IMG/VR virus record: IMGVR_UViG_3300034788_000438
Coordinates: 1-51,454 of that record
Direction: 5' to 3' (one strand)
Source: a virus
Taxonomy: Duplodnaviria; Caudoviricetes
DNA length: 51,454 nt
Part shown: positions 1 to 9,138 of the stretch, one piece after another
Numbering within the stretch: position 1 is the first letter of the stretch
How the letters are laid out: every line of letters starts with the position of its first letter
Notes under the pieces: model-generated
Told to the model about the DNA's origin: nothing
Database searches by the model: none
The model's input: only the letters and a program-made list of their open reading frames with translations
Translations under genes and position numbers: made by a program

Positions 1-37
1 GCGGCGATACGTGGACCGCTAACTTGGAGGTGACAAA

Positions 38-598
38 ATGACGGCGTTACTTGTTACAGCGGGTTCACTTCTTGGCATTGGCGGCGGCGCTGGTGCGGGC
101 GCAGCGGCGGCAGGCACAGCAACAACACTTCAAAACATCGGGCTTGGCTTAAGTGCTGGCGGTTCTGTTCTTGGCGGCGTGGGGGCTATCCGCGCGGGTC
201 AGCAGGCAAAGGCTGAAGCGGACGCAGCGGCAAACGTTGCGCTTGCGGAATCACAGCGAGAAGCAGAGCAGCGGCGCAAAGAAGGCGCACTGCTTGCATC
301 CCGTCAACGTGCACTTGCGGCGGCGCAGGGCGCGTCAACGGATGCATCTATCCTTAACATCTTTGCAGACACAGAAGCCGAAACAGAGCGCGCGGTTCAA
401 TCGGCGCTATACGGTGGCCAGACACAAGCGGCAGGGCTTCGCACACAAGGGCAGCGCGCGGCGCAGCAAGCTCGCATTACTGGCGGGGCAAACATCATTG
501 GAGGTCTTGGCTCCGCTGCTGGGCAGTATGCCTCAGCGCGTGAACGCTTTGGCGACGTGACACCCAAACGGCAACAGACTGGCTACAGGTACGGTTAA
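38..598 (+). CDS. internal virion (ejection) protein, T7 gp14-like, cassette A
   Basis: 186 aa, Gly/Ala-rich hydrophobic N-terminus then A/Q-rich helix; GGAGG RBS; first of three ejection genes; similar in pattern to 41256..41720. Confidence 0.7.
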   Translation: MTALLVTAGSLLGIGGGAGAGAAAAGTATTLQNIGLGLSAGGSVLGGVGAIRAGQQAKAEADAAANVALAESQREAEQRRKEGALLASRQRALAAAQGASTDASILNIFADTEAETERAVQSALYGGQTQAAGLRTQGQRAAQQARITGGANIIGGLGSAAGQYASARERFGDVTPKRQQTGYRYG

Positions 599-600
599 GC

Positions 601-3462
601 ATGGCAAGAATTCCTACCGCAGTTGAGACCTTCCGAGCGCCCACCCCACGCGGTGGGGTTCGCCAGTTTAGCGCAGCACCTGTTGACTTTAGCCCGCTGG
701 GGGATGCAGCGCGCGCTGTAGGTCAGGCCGCAACGACCGTATCCCTCACTCAGCAGCAGAACCTTGCGCAAGACGAGAAGTTCAACGCCTCTGCTCGGTT
801 CCTTGAGTTCCAAACCCAGCAGCAACAAAAGCTGCGCGACATGGGGCGCGATGCGCAACCAGGTGCATTCGGCTTTACGCAGTCGGCACAAGAGGAATAC
901 AAGGATGCCGCAGATGAGTTTGCGCGTTCTCTGCCAAAAAACTTGCGCCGCGAATATGACGTGCGCTTGCAGAACCTTGAAGGCAAGTTGCTGCTAAATG
1001 CAGACAGCTTTGAAAGCCAAGCGCGGACGGGGTTCTATAACGACACCATCGAGAAAAGCTTTGAAGGCCTGCGCGCTGGCATTATTGACGGCGACATTGA
1101 CTATGACGCAGCCATTGCGCAAGGCGCGGAGATTGTTGCCAACTCAGGCTTGACGCCAACCGAAAAGCTGAAGTTTGCGGAAAGCTGGGAACGTGACGCG
1201 GCGGCGGCGTTGTGGCGCAAGGAGTTTAACGAAGACCCACAGCGCGCCCTTGTGGCGGCAGGTGGCGGCACTGAAGCGCAGCGCATGGATTATCAGCGCG
1301 GCAATCTCTTCTCTGCAATGATCAAGCAGGAGAGCGGCGGCAATCCGAATGCGGTTTCCCCTGTAGGTGCTACGGGCATAATGCAGGTTATGCCAGCAAC
1401 CGGCGAGCAAATTGCGCGCGAGATTGGCGACCCGAACTTTCCAACCGGCGGCACAGTTCAGGAGCAGCAGGACTACCTGAAAGACCCTGATATTAATAAA
1501 GCCTACGGCGAATACTACATGAACAAGCAGCTTGATCGGTTCGGCGGAGACGTTGAGGCGGCGCTGATTGCGTATAACGCTGGACCTGGTAACGCGCAGA
1601 AGTGGCTTGATGCTGGCCGTGATTATGACGCGCTTCCCAAGAAATCCGAGACGCAGCCATACGTGCGCAACATTCTGGGCGACTTGGGGCTTGCGCAGGG
1701 CTTGCCTGTTGAGGCTGTGACGCTGGCAGCGAATGGGCCTGCTGACCCGCGCTTTGAGGCGTTGGACATTGACACACGCTTAAAGCTTATCGGATCTGCC
1801 GCCAAGGCTGTTGACCAAATCGGCAAGGCAGAGCGCACCGCCGCAATTGACGGCTATAAGCTCGCGCTTGAGCAAGACCCGTTTGCTGTGCAGGAAGATG
1901 ACATTCTAAACGACTTGCGCCTGAATGACGGAGACCGCGCGTCACTTCTTAGCAAACGGGACGCAGAAGTTGGCACAGCACAGACAGACCGCGTGGGTGA
2001 GCTTGAGCTAGACATTGCCACCAACCCCGCCGCTGTTTCCCAGAAAGACATTCTGGAAGATGGTTTGCTTGACGATGGCCAAAAAGCTGGACTGGTCAAC
2101 AAACTTAAAGCCGCGCTAAAAGATTACGACGCGCAACAGGCGGACGTTGCCGCATACCGTGACGGAGTGCAGGGCAACCCCTACAGCACCGATGACCGCA
2201 AGAGTGTAGACAACGCATGGAAGTCTTTTGACGTGCAGCCAGAGAGCGAGAAATACGCACTTTCTGCATTGTCTGTTGTGCAACGTCGCGGCGTCATGCC
2301 AGGGCCGGTTGTAGAAAATATTCGCGGCACCATGCTGCGCGGCAATATCGAGCAAGCAGTCGCCATGCTTGAACTTGCTTCAAAAGCTGAAGACATTAGC
2401 ACAGGGTCAATGGCTGGTCGCAGCGGGTCCGACGATGTACGCAATGCAATTGCCGAATATAACTACTGGCGCAAGCTTGACTTCTCACCAGAAGAGGCGG
2501 CGACAAACGTTATTAATGCGCGTCAACCAGGTGCGGAGCAAGTGGCTGTGCCAAAGGACGTGCAGAAGAAAATCGAGAAGATTGACCTTGGCGACGTTGA
2601 AGGGCTGTATGATGAGACAATCAACCCATTCACGGCAGACCCAGAGGCCGCGCCAGGTGTTGCCGCGCAGACCATGGTTGCCGAATATCGGGACATTGTG
2701 CTTGAGCACTATCAGCAGACCGGCGACCTAGAGACCGCCAAGGCCCGCGCAGAGGCGCAGTTCAAGCGCACCTACAACGTATCAAACGCAACCGGCAAGC
2801 CGCAGATCATGCGCTACCCACCCGAAGCGTACTACCCTGCATTTGAGGGCAATCAAGATTACCTTGCAACGCAACTGCAAGAAAGCGTGACGCAGGCGTT
2901 TGGCGCAAACGTGAACGCAGACAGCGTGAGCCTTGTTGCCGTGCCTGGCGTCACTGACGTTGACGTGCGCCTTGGCCGTCCACCGCGTTACGGCGTTATT
3001 GCACAGCGCGAAGACGGCACCTTCGACGTGCTTCCTGAAAATGTATACATGCAGTTTGACCCAGCGACGGGCGAGCAGGAAACCACACAAAGCCGGATTG
3101 AGGAAACCCGCCAGCGCAGCGCAGAGTTTGAGGAAAGCGCTTTGCGTGACGAAGGGTTCTTGCAACCCGATGGCTCAATCCTTCTTCGCGTCAAGACTGC
3201 GGACAACCGCAAGGGCGGCGTGGTCGTGAATGTGGACACCAAAGAAATCTACGCCAAAGACCCAGACACAGGCGATTGGGAACCTACAGGCGGCATGTAC
3301 AAAACCAAAGGTATCTCCGAAGGGTTCCTGACCATCGACAACAAGCGCTGGACAAAGACAAGCCGCGCTGAGGCGATCAGACGCCAAGAGCGAAAAGATA
3401 AACGAGCGCAAGCGCGCCAAGAATTGCGGGATCAACTTGATGACCCGTTGTTTGAGGAGTAA
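601..3462 (+). CDS. internal virion protein with lytic transglycosylase (SLT) domain, cassette A
   Basis: 953 aa; SLT motifs IKQESGGNPNAVSPVGATGIMQVMP, ALIAYNAGPG and ETQPYV. Confidence 0.85.
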   Translation: MARIPTAVETFRAPTPRGGVRQFSAAPVDFSPLGDAARAVGQAATTVSLTQQQNLAQDEKFNASARFLEFQTQQQQKLRDMGRDAQPGAFGFTQSAQEEYKDAADEFARSLPKNLRREYDVRLQNLEGKLLLNADSFESQARTGFYNDTIEKSFEGLRAGIIDGDIDYDAAIAQGAEIVANSGLTPTEKLKFAESWERDAAAALWRKEFNEDPQRALVAAGGGTEAQRMDYQRGNLFSAMIKQESGGNPNAVSPVGATGIMQVMPATGEQIAREIGDPNFPTGGTVQEQQDYLKDPDINKAYGEYYMNKQLDRFGGDVEAALIAYNAGPGNAQKWLDAGRDYDALPKKSETQPYVRNILGDLGLAQGLPVEAVTLAANGPADPRFEALDIDTRLKLIGSAAKAVDQIGKAERTAAIDGYKLALEQDPFAVQEDDILNDLRLNDGDRASLLSKRDAEVGTAQTDRVGELELDIATNPAAVSQKDILEDGLLDDGQKAGLVNKLKAALKDYDAQQADVAAYRDGVQGNPYSTDDRKSVDNAWKSFDVQPESEKYALSALSVVQRRGVMPGPVVENIRGTMLRGNIEQAVAMLELASKAEDISTGSMAGRSGSDDVRNAIAEYNYWRKLDFSPEEAATNVINARQPGAEQVAVPKDVQKKIEKIDLGDVEGLYDETINPFTADPEAAPGVAAQTMVAEYRDIVLEHYQQTGDLETAKARAEAQFKRTYNVSNATGKPQIMRYPPEAYYPAFEGNQDYLATQLQESVTQAFGANVNADSVSLVAVPGVTDVDVRLGRPPRYGVIAQREDGTFDVLPENVYMQFDPATGEQETTQSRIEETRQRSAEFEESALRDEGFLQPDGSILLRVKTADNRKGGVVVNVDTKEIYAKDPDTGDWEPTGGMYKTKGISEGFLTIDNKRWTKTSRAEAIRRQERKDKRAQARQELRDQLDDPLFEE

Positions 3463-3467
3463 CGCGC

Positions 3468-6400
3468 ATGTTTGTTGATCAGAACGGGCAACCAGTTTCC
3501 GGCGACATCTTCACTCAGCCACCTGCTGACAATGACCCTGCACAGCCTGCGCCTGATTTTCGTGAGACTACCGGCGCGGCGTTTCGTCAGGAAAACATTC
3601 TTGGCTCATACTTCAGCAGCCCGACAACAGGTGTAGAGCCTGGCGTTGTTGAAGAGGGTTATAATCCTTGGGCCGATATTGAAGGCACCCCATACGAACC
3701 ATATTGGGACCGCTTCACTGATGTTCACAATTCACGGTACGCCACGGCGCTAAAGTCGCGCATCGATCAGGAGATTGAAGACCGGCGCACACTTGGCGCG
3801 GCAGGTTGGAAAGGTCTCGTTGCTGGCATGGGCGCGGGGCTTCTTGACCTACCCACGCTTATTCCTGGAGGCGTTGTCGTTCAGGGCGGCAAGGGAACCA
3901 TTACGGTTTCTAAGCTTGCACTTCAGACAGCAGCGGCGGGCGCGCTTGACGGGACAATCTCAGAAATCGGCTTGCAGCAGTCGCAGGAAACGCGCGGATA
4001 CACCGAAAGCCTGATTAACATCGGCGCTTCTACAATCCTCTCCGGCCTTCTTGGCGCAGGCGCAGGCAAGTTCTTGCAGGCTGGCGAGTTCAAACGACTT
4101 GAGGGACAGCTAGGAAACGACCTGACAGACCGGACACACGCGGACGCAGGCGCTATGGAAGAAGCCTATGACGCGATGATAGAAGGTCAGCGCGCAGGCG
4201 TAGGTGCTGAGGCGGCGCAGGCGTTTAGCAAAGAGGATCTGGAAATTCGCGGCAAGGCGGCCAATGCGCTGGGCAGTGTTGCGCCATTCAATCCCATGAT
4301 CGGCCTGACGCGCAGCGAAAGCGCGGCGGCGCGCAGTGTTGCGGCTAACCTGCCTGAAATGGGATTTGCGCTTAAGATGACAGGGCGCGGGGCATCTCAG
4401 CCGCAGGCAGTTGAAACCTATGTGAAGCAATGGACACTTGGCGCGGTGGGTTCTGCACTGGATGAAACCAACAGAATTTTCACTGCATACCGCAAGGCAG
4501 GCGGCAAGCTGGGCCGTGCGGAGTTCCACGCGCGGGCGGGCGATGCTATGCGCAACCTTGATGAGGACACGCTAGGCGATGACTTTGTGAGCAAGGCTGC
4601 ACAGGTCTGGCGTCGGCGTGTGTTTGATCCGCTCAAGAAAGAAGCGATTGACGGAGGCTTGCTGCCGGAAGACATCGATGTGTCCACGGCTGACAGCTAC
4701 TTCACGCGCATTTGGAACAAGAACAAAATCATTGCGCAGCAGGATAAGTTTGCATCCACGCTCAACCGGTATTTTAAACGCATCGTTGACGACCTCGTTG
4801 CGAAGGGTGAGTCCGAGGCTCTTGACGGCTTTGATTTTAAAAGCAGTTCTGACGTTGACGCATACGTGCGCGAGGCCACGGAAGCAGTGATTGCCAAGCT
4901 GACAGGCCGCGACACGTCAGAATCCCCGATGCACATTGTTCCGCTGACCCGTGGTCCGTTGAAAGAGCGGACGCTGAACATTCCAGACGCTGAGGTTTTG
5001 GAGTTCTTGGAAAACGACATTGAACTTGTGGGGCGGCAATACGCGCGCATCATGGGTTCCGATGTTGAGCTACAGCGCAAATTTGGGCGTGCCGACATGC
5101 GCGATCAGATTCAGGCGGTTGCCCGCGACTATGAGGAATTGCGCAACAAGGCTCTGGCAAACAAAGACCTGAGCGAGACTGACCGCGCCAAGCTGTTGCA
5201 GAAACTTGATGCTGACGAGCGCAAGGACGTTGACCGGATTGAAGGCTTGCGTGATCGCCTGCGCGGCACCTATTTGCTAGATGCCAACACATCCACGCCC
5301 GCGCGCGTGTTTCAGGGGGCCATGACCTTCAACTATCTGCGCACCATGGGCGGTGTTACCCTGTCCAGCCTGTCAGACGTTGGACGCCATGCGATGATGC
5401 ACGGCTTTGGGGCTGTGATGCGCGACGGAATTGCACCCCTTGTCAGCAACCTTAAGGGAGTGAGGCTGTCACGCGCCGACGCAAAGCTTGGGGGCACCAT
5501 TGCGGAGACGTTGCATAACACCCGCATGGCCACCATGGCGGAGCTTACAGATCCTTACGCCTACGGCCACCCTGTAGAGCGCTGGCTGAACAACGCCGCA
5601 ACGGGATTTTCCAAGGTCACAGGCATGCCGTATTGGAACGAGTTTCAGAAGACATTCGCTGCGCAACTTTCCCAAGCTCGCATTCTTCGCGCATCCAAGC
5701 AGGCGGTTAACAAAGGCTTCGATAGCCTGCCTAAGCGTGAGCAGCGCTTCTTGTCTCAAATTGGCCTTGGCCGTGGCGACCTTGAAACCGTTGGTGACTT
5801 CTACATCAAAGAAGGCATTGAAGAAGGTGGTTTGCCGATTGCGCGCCTTGACCGCTGGGGCGACACGGGGCGCGGCTATGAGGCGCGGCGTTTGTATATG
5901 GCTGCGGTCAATAAGTCCGTTGACACAACGATTGTGACAAAGGGTATCGGTGACACCCCGCTTGCGCTCGATCATCCGGTTGGTCGTGCAATCTTGCAGT
6001 TCAAAAGCTTTGCCCTCGCCTCTCACCAGCGTGTGCTAATGCGCGCGGCGCAGGACGTGGCAGACGCTCCGGTCTCTGTGCTTGCTGGCATGACAAACAT
6101 GATTGCCGTGGGTTCGTTCCTGTATTGGCTGAAGTCAAAGGAAAGCGGGCGCGACATCAGCGACAACCCCGGCAAGTTCTTGGCTGAAGGCATTGACCGC
6201 TCTGGCTTGGCTGCTGTGTTTATGGAGTTCAACAACATTGCAGAGCGCATCGGCGCACCTGGCTTGTACTCTGTTTCACAAGCCGCATTCCCTGAGCGCG
6301 ACCAAGGCGCACCGGCATCGCGTTACGCTATCCGCTCAACTATCGGCTCCCTTCTTGGCCCTACCTTTGGCCTTGCAAGTGACGTGACGCAGCTAATGGG

Positions 6401-6575
6401 CGTTGCTGGCACCAATGCAAGCGCCGCCGTTGGTTTGCGCGAGGATGGCCAGCCAATCACAGAAGGCGACATAAACGCCGCGCGGCGATTGCTGCCAGGC
6501 TCAACACTTCCCATCATTCGGTCACTGCTAGAGTACCTAGCACTGCCAGCCCTCAAGGAGAACCTTGTTCAATGA
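3468..6575 (+). CDS. large internal virion/ejection protein, gp16-like, cassette A
   Basis: 1035 aa, helical, no Cys; shares motifs (SLSDV, QFKSF, LxGPxxG) with 45562..48084; position after the SLT protein. Confidence 0.75.
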   Translation: MFVDQNGQPVSGDIFTQPPADNDPAQPAPDFRETTGAAFRQENILGSYFSSPTTGVEPGVVEEGYNPWADIEGTPYEPYWDRFTDVHNSRYATALKSRIDQEIEDRRTLGAAGWKGLVAGMGAGLLDLPTLIPGGVVVQGGKGTITVSKLALQTAAAGALDGTISEIGLQQSQETRGYTESLINIGASTILSGLLGAGAGKFLQAGEFKRLEGQLGNDLTDRTHADAGAMEEAYDAMIEGQRAGVGAEAAQAFSKEDLEIRGKAANALGSVAPFNPMIGLTRSESAAARSVAANLPEMGFALKMTGRGASQPQAVETYVKQWTLGAVGSALDETNRIFTAYRKAGGKLGRAEFHARAGDAMRNLDEDTLGDDFVSKAAQVWRRRVFDPLKKEAIDGGLLPEDIDVSTADSYFTRIWNKNKIIAQQDKFASTLNRYFKRIVDDLVAKGESEALDGFDFKSSSDVDAYVREATEAVIAKLTGRDTSESPMHIVPLTRGPLKERTLNIPDAEVLEFLENDIELVGRQYARIMGSDVELQRKFGRADMRDQIQAVARDYEELRNKALANKDLSETDRAKLLQKLDADERKDVDRIEGLRDRLRGTYLLDANTSTPARVFQGAMTFNYLRTMGGVTLSSLSDVGRHAMMHGFGAVMRDGIAPLVSNLKGVRLSRADAKLGGTIAETLHNTRMATMAELTDPYAYGHPVERWLNNAATGFSKVTGMPYWNEFQKTFAAQLSQARILRASKQAVNKGFDSLPKREQRFLSQIGLGRGDLETVGDFYIKEGIEEGGLPIARLDRWGDTGRGYEARRLYMAAVNKSVDTTIVTKGIGDTPLALDHPVGRAILQFKSFALASHQRVLMRAAQDVADAPVSVLAGMTNMIAVGSFLYWLKSKESGRDISDNPGKFLAEGIDRSGLAAVFMEFNNIAERIGAPGLYSVSQAAFPERDQGAPASRYAIRSTIGSLLGPTFGLASDVTQLMGVAGTNASAAVGLREDGQPITEGDINAARRLLPGSTLPIIRSLLEYLALPALKENLVQ

Positions 6576-9052
6576 CTGAAACAACCTTTGACAATGACAT
6601 TCACAACGCTCTCTTTTTTGAGGGAGCAAACGTCACGAATGGCAACTCCTTTTCTGAAAAGTGGTCAGACATCATTTTCTCTGCCCTTAAAGCAGGCGGG
6701 ATGCTTGATAATATTGTCATTTCAAACACGCCACCAACGCCCTCAATTCCGCCTGCGGACCCTACTCTTTGGCTGGATACGCGACCACACCCAGACCTTC
6801 CATCCGTTCTTAGACGCAGAAATCGGGTAACACTGGAATGGGACAAAGTTACGTATTCTGATTTTTTTGATAGTGAGACATCTTCTCTTACCGTTAAAAG
6901 CTTTGGTGTGGTTGCCAATGACCCCACGGCGGCGGTTGATAACGTTGCCGCCATCAATGCGGCAGAGTCTTGGTGTTCTGAAAACAATGTAGATTTGCTG
7001 TATGAGGGTTTGATTTACTGTGAAGGGCGCGTCATCTGGCAGTCTAATGTGCACCGTCGCGGCGTGGGCGTTGTGCCAAACCTGCGCCCTGCGCCTAGCA
7101 CCATCGGGGCAAGTACGCCAGAAGAGCTTTTGACAAACACGTCTGGCTGCGAGCTTCGATTTATTGGAACTGGCGTGAAAGACTTGGAATTTCCTTGGGT
7201 TACAAATGCTTCGCATTCAGGCTTTGGCCGCGCCAACCCGCGACGGCCCTACAGCAATGCGTATGACGCCCGGCTTGATTTGCGGGATTTCTCTAACCAA
7301 GATGCGGTGGGTGCGACACCTGCAACGCTGCGGCAAATGTCTGCGGCGGTTGTTATCAACAACAACACCTTGGATCGAATTTATTGCGAAGGCATCACTA
7401 TTAGGACGGCCTGCGATGGAACATCTTCTGACGGCGGGACTAGCCTTGAGGGTTACACGGTAACGGATCGCCTACCAGATTGGGCAGATTACGACATCGG
7501 TCTTCTTGTGGATAGTCCGTGGCAAGCAGAGTTTTATCGCTTGAATGTTATTGGGTATTGGAATGAGGCCGGTGTTTTGTGGTCTAGCTCTCGCAATGCT
7601 CCTGAGTTCAACGACCCAAGTGAGGCCTTTAGGGGGTACGCTGAAGGCAACCTTTGGCGTCATTGCCTTATTCAATCTGGCTGGGTGTATCGCACCGCAG
7701 ATAGCTGGCCTATTCTGGCTAAAGACGGGGCGGCAGATACGATTACAGTGCCTTGGACTGCATCGCATCAGTTTGAGCAGACAGGAACTATTCGCATTGG
7801 CGCTAGCTTTGTGAGCTTTGCCACTTACGACTACACATCTGTTACTTTTGACAACTCTGGTAGCGAACCCGTTCTTATCATTGCCTTAGATACAACAGAC
7901 ACAAGCGGTATTGAAGTTGGAGACAACGGGCATCACGTCTACTTTTCTGGCGGCGCGGGGCCTGCTGGCACAGCGGCGTATGACTGCGAGTTCTACGACC
8001 TCAGCCCTACATCGCTATTGCAGGAACCAGCCTATGATCGACCGTATCGGGCCGGTTGTGAAATTTCTGGCGGCGTAGCTAGGGCAATTAAGCTTTACAA
8101 CTGCATCCTAAACCCTCTGGGTTTTATGCCTATCGCTGTTGGATATGCGCCAGATCTTCAGCTATCCGATTGCTATTCAGAGCCGCGCAGGTTCCGTTTG
8201 AGCCATGGTGGGCCTCTGCAAGATCGTGGGGGCTTGTTTATTTGCGGGCCTGACAATGCCCACTTTGATTTGCTTGGCGATGATCACAACGGCAGCTTGT
8301 ACGCTCGCGGTTACTTCCAGTGGCCAGGGCTTAACATGGCCCCTCTTGTTCGCGTATCTTCAACTGGATGGTTTGGCAATCTGGATGGGGATTGGTTTAA
8401 CCCGCGTAGTTACACCCCGCCAATTGAAGGAAGTCTTCGCACAAGTCGTAATGTAGCCTATGAGGGCTTGCGCGGGTACGAGGTGTCTTTGGTTGCTCGC
8501 CTGACGGATGGGACTTTTTACCCCGTCGCTTCTGGCGATGGCGCTACTGGTGACACCAACTTTGGGCAAGTTGACATTGGCGGAAGTTTTGTAGACTTTT
8601 TGACCCTTGAGCAAGGCGGCACTGCGCGTTTGCGCGGGGATTTGGTTTTCACCACCACGGCTAGCCCTGATATTAAAAATATTCGCAACGACAATGACAA
8701 CATTGCAAGCCAAAGCGCTCCAACAGGAACGGGCGGCTTCCGGTGGGTCGAATCACTCATGCAGCTTAGGTTGTTTAGCACACTTGCTGCCGCGCTTCAG
8801 TTGCACCGTCTTGACTCTGGAAGGGTTGCAGAGTTCCGCCGCAATGGCGTCGTGTCTGGCCAAATTGAGGTATATACGGACCACACACGTTACACCGTGA
8901 ACAGTGACGGCGACTACCTAGGGCAAACGTTCACAACAGCGGGTCGCCCGACTGCGGTAAAGACGGGTTTTTATGGATATGACACCACTCTGGGCCAACC
9001 CGTTTGGAAAAGCGCGACTGGCTGGGTGGATGCTTCAGGGAATTCTGTGTAG
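6572..9052 (+). CDS. tail fibre/tailspike receptor-binding protein (beta-helix-like)
   Basis: 826 aa; TVKSFGVVANDPTAAVDNVAAINAA tailspike entry motif; C-terminal GFYGYDTTLGQPVWKSATGWVDASG. Confidence 0.75.
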   Translation: MTETTFDNDIHNALFFEGANVTNGNSFSEKWSDIIFSALKAGGMLDNIVISNTPPTPSIPPADPTLWLDTRPHPDLPSVLRRRNRVTLEWDKVTYSDFFDSETSSLTVKSFGVVANDPTAAVDNVAAINAAESWCSENNVDLLYEGLIYCEGRVIWQSNVHRRGVGVVPNLRPAPSTIGASTPEELLTNTSGCELRFIGTGVKDLEFPWVTNASHSGFGRANPRRPYSNAYDARLDLRDFSNQDAVGATPATLRQMSAAVVINNNTLDRIYCEGITIRTACDGTSSDGGTSLEGYTVTDRLPDWADYDIGLLVDSPWQAEFYRLNVIGYWNEAGVLWSSSRNAPEFNDPSEAFRGYAEGNLWRHCLIQSGWVYRTADSWPILAKDGAADTITVPWTASHQFEQTGTIRIGASFVSFATYDYTSVTFDNSGSEPVLIIALDTTDTSGIEVGDNGHHVYFSGGAGPAGTAAYDCEFYDLSPTSLLQEPAYDRPYRAGCEISGGVARAIKLYNCILNPLGFMPIAVGYAPDLQLSDCYSEPRRFRLSHGGPLQDRGGLFICGPDNAHFDLLGDDHNGSLYARGYFQWPGLNMAPLVRVSSTGWFGNLDGDWFNPRSYTPPIEGSLRTSRNVAYEGLRGYEVSLVARLTDGTFYPVASGDGATGDTNFGQVDIGGSFVDFLTLEQGGTARLRGDLVFTTTASPDIKNIRNDNDNIASQSAPTGTGGFRWVESLMQLRLFSTLAAALQLHRLDSGRVAEFRRNGVVSGQIEVYTDHTRYTVNSDGDYLGQTFTTAGRPTAVKTGFYGYDTTLGQPVWKSATGWVDASGNSV

Positions 9053-9079
9053 TGGCCGTTTTGTCAGTCAAATGTTGTA

Positions 9080-9096
9080 TGTGGCAAATTGTCGCA
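9080..9096. promoter_or_regulatory. 17-bp imperfect palindrome, RegA/RegR-like box
   Basis: TGTGGCAAATTGTCGCA in the intergenic gap upstream of 9139. Confidence 0.45.
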
Positions 9097-9138
9097 TTTT
9101 GTGGTTTAAAGTACGCAAGGCACAAAGGAGTGTGACAG